Shown here one piece after another: positions 53,872 to 64,000 of a DNA stretch of 64,000 nt (positions are counted from its first letter, which is position 1; each line of letters opens with the position of its first letter). Where the stretch lies: contig OZ296652.1 of the NCBI GenBank assembly GCA_965655095.1, positions 42,594,001 to 42,658,000 on the forward strand, read 5' to 3'. The DNA is from Haplodiscus bocki. Taxonomy: Eukaryota. The notes under the pieces are model-generated. The model ran no database searches. It worked only from the letters and a program-made list of their open reading frames with translations, and was not told where the DNA came from. The position numbers were made by a program, and so were the translations under genes.

Positions 53872-54675
53872 GTGACAAATGAGTGTTGGACGTTTTCTTA
53901 AACATCAAAGCAAGTCGGGTGACACCGACAGATATAGAGGTTTTTTTCACCGCTCGTATCTTTCATGTCAATATGAACACTATGATAAGAATCTTCGGCA
54001 CTGGTCTGAGTTGCAGTTCGGTAAAGGTCTGATAGTTCATGTACTGTCCAGGGGTTATATTGTCCCCGTACTTTAGCTTTGAAATAAAGGCAAGGCAATG
54101 CAGCGATAGAACCTTTGTGTCTCCAATAATATTGATACCAATCAGGTCTGTGTATACCATGAGAGACTGTATGCTGACAATGTCGTAAACAAATTCCGGT
54201 TTGGGAGGTCCTTTTCATCTCAACAACACTCCAAATTCTTTGCCAACATTAATACCGAAAGTGTATCCCAGTCCCCCACTAAAAAAATGCAAGACCACAT
54301 TTTTCATTTGCAAGGTATATCTCAATTTACTGCGTTCTTCGAGAAACTTTAAAGGTGATAGAGTTGTCGCTGTGATTGTGTCTCTCCTGAATGAGAGTGT
54401 TCATGGCTTCAGCAATAACTGTAATAGAAAGGTAAAGATTCGGTTCAAGGTAATGAAACCAAACGAATTTGAGGGTTTTTTCAATAAAAAACGTGAACTT
54501 TCCCTCTGTAACAATTTGGTACCTTGATGGGTAGGATAATTCTGAAATTGCAACATCCTATTGACCTTCGAGTTTGAGTTGTTCCGATACAAAGTTTGTA
54601 AACGAGCTGAGTGTTTTGTGTGGAATTAGTTGTGCTCATACATTAAAAACCCAACTCTGTTTTAAACAAATCCAT
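53872..54675 (-). pseudogene. Minor capsid protein (penton-like) remnant
   Basis: TLSSFTNF..L.LEGQ*DVAISELSYP; YLEPNLY.SI; VYTDLI..NIIGDTK..L; IDMKDTSGEK. Confidence 0.85.
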
Positions 54676-54677
54676 TG

Positions 54678-55613
54678 TTAAATCACTCTGATCAACTAAC
54701 TTTGAGTAAAAATACCACGGATAATCTCGTCCTGTTCATCCTTTCTTGTGTATGATGGGGGTTTTTTGGAGAAAATGCAACAACTTCAAAATATTCTTGC
54801 GTAATTTGTGATTTGTAACCATTCCTGAAGGGTAAGTCAAACTTCGAGATACGATTTCTGTCTCAAATTTCAAACTTGGGTTTTCTATATTCGCGTAGTG
54901 TCTTGCTGTAGGGACTGGAAAAAAATTCGCAATTCGTGATATTTTTGGTGCCAAGTCTATCGATCACATTTTTCTGGAACTCAGGGTTGCGGAAAATTTC
55001 GGCAGTTTGTGAAGGTATTTGCACCCTCAATCTTCCATGTAACGGTAAACTGTGTTTTGCAAGGATCGTATTGTACGTTGAGCAAACGCAGCCTTAGTGT
55101 CACTCCTTGTGGAGTAATTTTGCATAACTTCAGCTTTTTAACATTTCTCAAACTAGCCGACAAATTCTGTTCCCTTATCAACCCAAGTTTTTTGGGGTCG
55201 ATGCTGTACTGTAAATACAGTCAAAAATGCACAAACCGTTTCTCTGAGACTTTTGCTTTCATTCTTTTTGCATCGACGGCTCTATCGAACAGGTCTTGAC
55301 GAACTAAAAGATACTTTACACCATTATTATTTTCGGTTATTTTATCAACGTGTGCCAGGTTCATGCACCAAATTTTGTTCTCAAATAAGGCAAATGCTTT
55401 CAATCCCTCGGATATATGCGTGGCCAGAAAAAGTTTGCGAACGAAGTCACTGAAAGCAAAAACTGTCTCACCTTTTGATACTGGTAGATTATTAGCTTTC
55501 ACCAAAGTTCGCATGGACGGATAAGCAGCACCGCACTGCGTGTACAATCGTTGCAACTTTTGCCGTTCATATTTTGAAAAGGACTTAAATTCTTCATTTT
55601 TCTGGCTGGGCAT
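54678..55613 (-). pseudogene. Retroviral-like (rve) integrase remnant
   Basis: IWCMNL...KYLLVRQDLFDR, WVDKGTEF, KAAFAQRTIRSL, GYKPQ; stops and frameshifts. Confidence 0.9.
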
Positions 55614-55994
55614 TTCAATTCAGAATCAGAGTGTGAAATTTACCAGCAACGTCAACTGAGGGAAAGTAAATGTCTGGAGTGTCCGCGTTCTTACAAGAGT
55701 TGTTGAGCAAAGTCTGACAGTGAAAATACACTCCCCACACCATCTAGAATTAAAGACTGCGGGTTTTAGAGCTTGATACGAGGACAAGACAAACTTTTGT
55801 CGACATGAGTGTCTGCTTTGCGAACAGTTTTTCTTGGTTTTTTCCCTTTTTAACCGAACCAATTTGCTACATGCGATTTTGATCAACTTCATTGTTTAGA
55901 AAATCCTCCTATGTTACCGCTTGAGTAGTCAAACTTTTGTTGTTTTTGTACACAGAATAGGGACGAGAACAAACTGCTCCATGTCAAGAGAAAT

Positions 55995-56542
55995 GGAAAA
56001 TGCCGGGAAGAGTAAAATGTTTTATGAGATGTAACCTTTCTTCCGATGACAGAACGTTTCTTCTTTGCTTCCATATATCTTTTGGGAGTTTTTTCTGAAA
56101 AAGCAATGAAACTTCATTTTCAAATTTTGTAAAACGATATTTTTTTTTGCTTTGCAGGTTTCCTTTAAGAAGATTTACTAATCATCCGTTGAGAAACCTG
56201 ATAAATTCTTTTGGACAAAACTGAAGGAAAAGATTTTCGCAATTTTGGGAATATGATTCGAAGACTTGGACATCAGAAAGACTTGGTGTGTTCAACGTCC
56301 AAATGTTTTGGTTGTTTCAGTCGGCCCGGGATATAAAGTTTTGAGGGAATGGATCCGGTGTGTGTACAATAACTTAATCGATCGTCTAATCGTGGCGACA
56401 GGTCAATCAATAATTGACCGTAGGGAACAGATGTTGTGTCTGGACACTAGTCAACTAGATCTGATCCGGGTCTTAATTGTGCACTCAGCTTAATGACTTC
56501 CTTAACATCACGGCGAGACTTTAAGAAAACAATGTGTTACAA
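55995..56542 (-). pseudogene. Packaging ATPase, C-terminal half only
   Basis: HIVFLKSRRD...LSAQL...PYGQLLIDLSP..DDRL; no Walker A or B segment upstream. Confidence 0.75.
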
Positions 56543-56780
56543 AATATTCGCCCCTACATCTCTAGCGAGAATGTTGGGACGCTCACGTTAATCCAAACAT
56601 CCGCTTTTCCATACAATTTCTTGCATGTTTCTTCTTCAAGAAGAAGGTTGTTTTGAGGGTTTGCACTTTTTTGGAAGACAAAACGAGTATCTTTGAAATT
56701 TCCCATCAATAAAAACGCTCAATTCCACAATACCGTTCATCTTTGCCAGCTCATTATTGAACAGAATGCAAGATTTACTG
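56543..56780 (-). pseudogene. Truncated DEDD-exonuclease-like accessory gene
   Basis: ILFNNEL...IVELSVFIDG..YSF..P....IVWKSG; resembles the LDIE...KEL...HGIxWxxG family as I recall it. Confidence 0.5.
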
Positions 56781-57299
56781 CTCCAAATTCGAGAGATTTG
56801 AAAATAGAAGGCGAAAGGAGTTCTACGAAAAAGTAAAAGCATAGTCCAGTCACGTGACCAAGCAAACATGAACTTGGTCATCATCCAAACATGTAACAAT
56901 AGCGTGAAATTTTGCCACTATGTTCCAGCATCATCATGTAGTATTGCATGTAGTCTAAATACTTTTGATTGAAGAAAGTAGAACTCCAAGAACGAGTCCC
57001 TATTTTCATTGGTTCCAACAAATAAAAAATTTTGATCCACTTTACGTAAAAAAAGTCAAGCATCACAACAGAAATATTCGAAACAGGTTTTGGCGAGAAC
57101 TACTGTGTTTAAAAGAAAATTGTAATCACGGGTACAATCGGAAAATGCTCACTAGAAAGGGAACATTCCGTCTTGACAATTTTTGTTTCAATTCAGAACA
57201 GTTGTTTCATCCAGTACAATGCTCTGCTCGAAATATATATCATCGTAACTCAATAGATATACTGGTATTGCAAAAGGCGTCTTGTATTTTGTTAATTTC

Positions 57300-57786
57300 A
57301 GATCAACTTCATCATCTTTCAGGAGTTTTTTGTTTCGAAAATGCTACACGACAATATTCAACTTGTCTGTATCAGTCTTAATATTTCGAAATACTTTTTT
57401 CCTGCTATAATTTTTTTCCATTTCAGGCAAAAAATTCTTCTTTGGAATCAGTTTTTTCAATGTCTGGTAAAATTTGTATTTCAACTACAGTTAGTATAAG
57501 TTTTCCAGTATAAGTTTTTGGGGTTGTATGTACTATATGACCAAGTCCCAATTTTGATTTCAGCTTGTGGAAAAAGTTTCTTTTATCTGCAGTGTTCCAA
57601 TTCATCCTTAATCGAACAGAAAACAAACTATGTTGTAATCTTTGTAGAAAACTTTGAGCTTTACATCCAAGTATTTCTAATCTTTGTTTGACCAATGAAA
57701 TTGTCCAAATCGTTCTTGACTTTTACAAAGTCGACATAGTCGGCACAATTTAGATCGTCCAAGGAAGCAGTAGTGTTGTACGCTAT
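57300..57786 (-). pseudogene. Polinton accessory gene remnant, possibly PC4-like ssDNA-binding protein
   Basis: AYNTTASLDDLNCADYVDF...RFGQFHWS...YLDVKLKVF. Confidence 0.4.
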
Positions 57787-59606
57787 GGGTGACAGTGATA
57801 GAATGCTGGTACCACTAAAAAATGAGTTATAATTTGCGAATGAAAATCAGAGTATCATTTTTGAGCTGCATTTTTTTTACTTATATAGACTTCTTTTTTG
57901 GTTAATGTCACGTGACTTTTCCCTAAATGGCCAATTTTAGGTGCAATTTCCATACAAGTAGATTCTTACCTTTTTTGGACATTGGCAAGTGATTTTGCTT
58001 ATTTTGGTAGGGTTGTACAAATTGTAGTGACAGTTTGTTTTTCAGATTTATTTGTTCAGAAAACTGTTCAACGACCAGATGGCAGTTGTAATGTTACAAG
58101 TTATACCTTTCGAAAAATATTCTTTTTATTTCAGGAAATACATACAAAAAAAATATTGTGAATAAAGAATACACCTTCGACCACCACGAAGACAAGATGA
58201 GCTTCCTACCCATTGGACGATATCACCTTTTACTAATGGGAGAAGAAGACTTGCTACAAAAATGAGACGCGTTCTGCTGCACCCACCAACACATGGATTT
58301 TTCAAATACACTCTTCAAGTATCGATTAAGTGGTAAACTGGGTCAATCTTGGAAAAATCCTTGATAATTTGCTAGTGCAGTTCATTTCAACCATAAAAAC
58401 AGAGTACTGGACAGAATGCACAGCATCGCGAAAAAAAAGTCTTGACGGAAAGGTACAAAAATCATTTGTTCGGCTCCTTCCAGAAGATTAAGTTGACGCA
58501 AATCAGTGGATAAAACATTGCAGACAGATTTGAACAAGTTAACAAGACTTCATCTGAATTAGAAGTGATAAAAAATGTAGTTTGATTCCTAGTTGTTCAT
58601 AGAAGTTCTACCAGTAGTTTAGTATTTCCCAAAAAAAATCTTTCCAGACTAACTTTTTTCTGAATTCGGAAAAGATTTATAAAAACCAATTAATAATGCA
58701 AATGGAATAGTCTTCGCGCCCATCAAGCACCCAATTGCCAAAAAGGTTGCAATAACTAAAAGAAATTTTCCAGAAGTCTGTCAAACCCATGCTACACACT
58801 CAAAATAACGATTTTTGCCGCAATCCAAACTCATGTTTGAACACACTGTTGGTTGGCAAAAAAAAAGATTATTCAACAGAAACCTGAAAAAAAACGGACA
58901 ATCAGTTTTTGAATTAGTAGGTTCACAACGATTCAGATTTTGAAGAGACAAATTTTTGACAAGTAAAATTTTGAAGTTGAAAAAATACAACGCGTTGGAT
59001 TTTTCAGCAGCAATTGTTCAACATGTCGGATTTTGAATAAACTTCGCATCGAGAAAACAATGTTTAGTTTCATTTTTCTCTCTAAAAACAACCTTTTTGC
59101 AGTTTTCGTGATTCTTTCAAAAAACTAAAAATTTTACGAGGTGTCAGATTTCGAGTTAAAATTTTTGCAAGGTGTCGGACTATGAAGTAAATTTTTTTGG
59201 GTCTTGTCAGCTTTTGAATTAAAAATTTTCACCTCTTCCACGGGAAAACTTGTCTAGCCCCACCGCATCTACTTGCCACAAGGTTTTCCTAGAAACAACC
59301 ATGTATAATTACAGCCTACAATACCTTGGTAAACTACATAATACGATTAAGCCTCGTTCAAACAACACTTCTTGTACTCTGTTTCGCAACGAAATTGTTT
59401 TTGTTTTCGCTATGGTGTACCATTTTTTCTCTGTATAGGCTTTATATATGCAGAAACTTACTGCTACTAGCAAAAGAAGTGATAATGGTAATGGAACCGC
59501 TTTCGTCGCACACATGTATGACTTGTTTTTGAAACAGGTTTCTGTAAAATGAAACACGTTAATTTGAGTCTGTATCAAAGCACAAACACAGTAACTTTAT
59601 ATGAAA

Positions 59607-59951
59607 TTAATCAAACAAATTTATGTTAACATACTCGGGAATTTTCTCAATTCTTGATCCAAAGGGGCAACTTCTCATCAACACAGGGTCTCTCGGAGAC
59701 TGGAGTTGTTGGAAGAGGAGGAGAGTTTTCCTTATCTCCAGAGTTGGGTTTTCAGAGATTGAACCCTTCACATAATCGGTAAATGCTGATGGGGAGAAGA
59801 GAGTTGCTATGCTTGGTTGGAAAACTGCGTCCAAGTTCAAGTCACGATCATCCGAGTGAAAGTCCATATCGTCCAGATCAGACACCTGATACCCGCTTGT
59901 TTCCATGTCTTGTGCGCTTACACTTGAAAATGAATCATTCGGCATCTCCAT
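59607..59951 (-). pseudogene. Acidic Polinton accessory ORF of unknown function
   Basis: 114-aa acidic ORF within element B. Confidence 0.35.
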
Positions 59952-62164
59952 AGTCCTTTGCTGATTGGGGGTAATTGGAACTTGCGCAGAATCTTGTTTC
60001 CTGGGACAACGGCAAGCTTCAACCTGACAGAGGACTTTCCGGAGAAGTTATTGCCATTTCATGGAAAAGATCTTTAACAGTCACAGCAACTGAATCCGGT
60101 TTAAAATCGAGAGACCATTCAATGCCGTCGTTGAAGACTGAGAAAATCATGTTGCCTTACTGTTGACTAAAAATGTGTAAAATGGGAAGGGAAATTAAAT
60201 TGTGGTTAACTCTGTGAACTAGTGGGAAGTCGACACGATCATGCCATGAATGGCATAACTTTTGCTTATTTTTGGTACAGGTTCAGGTGTGGCTGATTTT
60301 ATTTGGCGGAAAAATTATTTCAAAACGGAGACGGTTTGTCGTTTTCGTAATCAAGTCTCAACTTACTGACAAACTAAAATGTGACAAAACCGCCAAACAA
60401 CAAATTTATTTCTTTTGGTCCTTAAAAGAATATTCAGAACATGGCAGCACGTTAGGCACTGCAGAGATTTGTAACAACTTTCGTCATTCTGTTTCCAAGT
60501 ATGGACATTGACGCACCTTTGTCATAAACAGTACCTTCCAGGACATCTCTAATAACGTCTTGAAAGGATTTTTGTGTCTCTGCAAAATTATAAATCCCTT
60601 GGTCAAACGTCCAAAAAAATAATTTTTTTCCTCAAAGGCAACTTTGCCCACCTGACACCTGAACGTGCATTGAAGACATTGATAGTCGATTTTGCCATTG
60701 TTTTTGGAAACTAAACGTTCCCAAAAAGTTTAAAAAAGTCAATATCATACTGACAATCAGGTTTGAATGCGCTTCACATCGTAATTATTGTCACTTATTT
60801 CATACTTGTTTGTCACGTAGTATCAGTTCTTGTGGAGGTGGTGAATTTTGAAGTGGTTAAGGTTGGCAATTTTTGTAAGTTTAAATTGATCACCGTGCTG
60901 TTCAAAATCTTTGGTGGAAAAAAAGCAAGAGTTCTTGTGAAATCGGAACGACAAACGAATTCGGCCAGTATTTGGATGTTCAATGATATCTTTATAGTAA
61001 TGAGCAAAGAAGTTGTCTTCTGACTTTAAAATCTAATTTCAATTTTTCGTTACGGTATTGGATTCTTTAAACATTTCCTCGTTTTTTCACAAGTTTTGAG
61101 AAAATAGCGCAAACTGTTGACCAAAGAAATGAGTTGTCTATTGGAAATCTTCACTTTTGTAAAAAAAAATACTGTTGTTCTTTCTTCAAATTGCCAAATT
61201 GGAACAACGTGATTGCCAAATACTTTTTGTTAGAGCCTTTAGTGTGACGTTCAATTCGATGCCTTGACTCGGATGTGTCAAAAATGTTGTGGTAAAAATA
61301 ACTACCTGCGTCTGTTCCGTCCAGAAGTTCCTCTAATTTTTCTTTGTAAATTGAGTACAATTTGCACAAACTGGGACTTTGCTTTTTGACAGGCATCAAC
61401 TACTTTTAGTCAGAAGTTTCTGCAAAATGATTTTGTTCAGTGGCAAACGTGATGCAAATCAGTTAATGATTCCAGTTTTCAGCGTTGGCCACACTGGAAA
61501 TGCTTTTTTTCCAAAAATTAGATTTTTATATATCTTTTCATTAAAATTAAATATGAACCTGTGGTTTGGTGGTTAAGAACCTTGGGCACGAGATGTGTTT
61601 CCTGGTGGATACTTTATGTTGTCGTTCCGATGTTCTTGACCTCGACAGCACCGTGACTGTTCAAACCTGGCATTTTCCTTGCTTTGTAGAAGTCTGTTTG
61701 AATGACAGTTGAGATCAAAATAAACAAGACAAACAAAATAAATTTCCCAGACAAACTGTTTCAATATCAGGGGAACTTGATCATTTGTTCCATTGGATCG
61801 TTTTTTTCAACCACGCTGTCTGGGGATGTCATTCGTATTCATTTTTCTCCCCAGACAAACTGTCACCATAAAAGGGGAACTTCTTCCACTTGATTTGCTT
61901 CCACTGACAAGATATTTTGTTCATTTAACCAGTCTATTATATGTTTGTATTTGGTTTCTGAGATGAAAGAAATTGAATTACAGCTCCTTTCATAGTCAGT
62001 ATTTCCTTTTATGGTAGTTACTTCTTTCTCAGGTTTCTGTTTCCATATATGGTCAAAAATTAACAAATTGCACTTGCTACACATTTTCGATATTCTTTTT
62101 CGCATTGCTCTAGTCAAGTTTTTGCAAACTTTACGTTTATTTCAGAAAGTTCAGTTCTACAATT

Positions 62165-64000
62165 ATGAATCAAATCTGTTCCCTCAAGCGCAATGGAAGA
62201 GTTACGTGTGAGAACTTCGGTACCCAAACTAAATTGGACGACGCTAGAGGAGATGATCAGTTGGAAATCTCTACCGCGGTAAATGTACAAGCTTTTTGCT
62301 CAGTTGATCTCGAGTCAATTTGTGTGGAGGATGAAGAATTCAAAGACAAAGAAACTACGACAGGGATCTCAAAACATAATCCATTTTCCGTTTCAATATC
62401 ATTGAGTCTTGTAGAAGCTCCTATGTTACACTGAGAAGTTAACCCTGATGACTTGGTGTCATCGTTCCTTGATGCTTGGGAAAACTTTGCCACACAGAGT
62501 AAAACGCAATTGCAAATGAAGGTGCTGCCAATTGAAACAACAATACCAAACAACCTTGCACAGATTCTCGAACTTTTTATTCAACGTCGAACCCATAGAA
62601 ATGACCTCGAAGAAGACAGTCTTAAGGATGATTCTGTTGAGGTCTGAACACACTTTCTACAAACGCAAAAGTCAAATAGTTCAATCAAAGGATCGTTTTC
62701 ATAGTTACCGCGACGCATTACAAGTCTTTGAATTCAACAGTGAAAAGCACGATATCAACTTGATCAAGGTTTAGTTGTTACCGATTCTTGTCAAGGAACT
62801 AAAGTTTGAGCCAATTGTTTTGAAGGACGCTAATCAATTCGTCTTGTTCAAATTTGGTAACGTTCAGTTGCTCGACTTTTTGAACTTTCTCAGCGGAGAC
62901 ACGAACCTTCCTTTTTTCCTTAAAGCGTTCAAGGCAACAGAAACAAGAAGTTTTTTACCCCATGAATAGTTCAGCCATGCCAACAATTTGAATCACAAGG
63001 AATTTCCCCCGTATGAAACCTTTTATAACAAATTACGAAATTGCAACCTTCTTGAGAGTGATTATTGAAACTATGAAAAAATAATCAACTGCGGGATGAT
63101 GAAGGAATCTGCCTTTGCTAAACTGAAACTCACTGAAGTACCCCCTACTGGATTTATAAATTATCTGTACTTGAAAATTGCAGTTTTTTAAAGAATTTTT
63201 GTGGTGGTACAACAACAATGGTGTTGTCCCGACTTTGAAGGCTCTGTAGAAAATGGTAAAATATTATCTTAATACGGGAATTGACATGCTCAGTCTTGGA
63301 TGCACGTTACCGAATCATGGCAAAATTTGTCTGCACAAGTCTGTTAGTGCTATTTTCATCCCCTCACAGAGGGCGACAAAGACTTGCTGGCGAACATCAG
63401 ACAGGATATGGCCGGTGGACCTTCAGTATTCTTTAGACGTAAAGTTGTAGTTGATGAGACACTTAAATGCAAGTCTTCAAACGTTTTTTTTGGTCAATTG
63501 TTAGGATTGACGCGAGCCAAATTTACCGGTGTTCTTTGTGTCAGCGCATGCCGACAGGAGTTTTTAGAAGGAATGAGATTGACGAAGATTTGCAAAGTAT
63601 CAAATACAAACAAAACAAAACAAGCAGCTTGGACAAAATGGGTATGTCCTATTTTCAATCAATTAGACCTGAGTGTAAAACAGAGAGCTTCTACACGACA
63701 GGAACTCAGAAAAAAAGATTGATTATTTCAATGCAGACGGCTTTTGCGCGCGTTGCAACACCATGTTTGGAGCCATGGGTTGTTTCCATTGTTACTGTTC
63801 TTGCCAGGAAGCACGGTTTTCGCTAACAGTAGAAAACTTTGAACGCGGAAAAAAAAGACTAATGGACGAAATCAGAAAACAGTAGATCAAAGAAAAAGGT
63901 TTTGATATTGTGCAAGTGTGGGAATGTGAGTGGTAGTCATTGTACAAGACAGAAGTATCAGTGAAGCAATATCTGAGAGGCTCATTTCCTTTCAAGAGAC
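62165..64000 (+). pseudogene. Protein-primed DNA polymerase B remnant (Polinton B), runs off the window
   Basis: DLESIC (ExoI), FNSEKHDINLIK (ExoII), QLLDFLNFL, FLPHE, YNNNGV (ExoIII), GGPSVFFR, IDASQIYRCSLCQRMPTG (motif A), VQVWECEW; frameshifts and stops. Confidence 0.92.

Larger units (their letters stand above)
48500..64000. mobile_element. Pseudogenised Polinton/Maverick (adintovirus-like endogenous virus), element B; continues beyond the window
   Basis: Adjacent remnants of protease, major capsid, core, minor capsid, integrase and ATPase on the minus strand, divergent from pPolB on the plus strand; left boundary uncertain. Confidence 0.9.

Overview
AT-rich eukaryotic (invertebrate animal) genomic DNA dominated by decayed mobile elements; the repeat families resemble those I associate with acoel assemblies, which is an inference. 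There are two spliced host genes on the + strand. One is a 4-exon ~115-aa protein (68-3190) resembling the C-terminal part of CXorf58/C11orf65. The other is a 3-exon ~304-aa secreted protein with a discoidin (F5/8 type C) domain plus an Ig-like domain (10032-27719), whose 16.5-kb first intron is filled with an LTR fragment, a decayed Polinton and MITEs. The centre holds a young non-coding macrosatellite of exactly eight ~1600-bp head-to-tail units (31232-44043) with mosaic variant blocks. From ~48.5 kb to the window end lies a pseudogenised Polinton/Maverick (adintovirus-like endogenous virus) retaining remnants of all its core genes: protease, major and minor capsid, core protein, integrase, ATPase and pPolB. 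A 200-N gap lies at 28043-28242. No rRNA, intact tRNA or CRISPR-Cas system is supported. Family assignments are from motif recognition only, with no database search.
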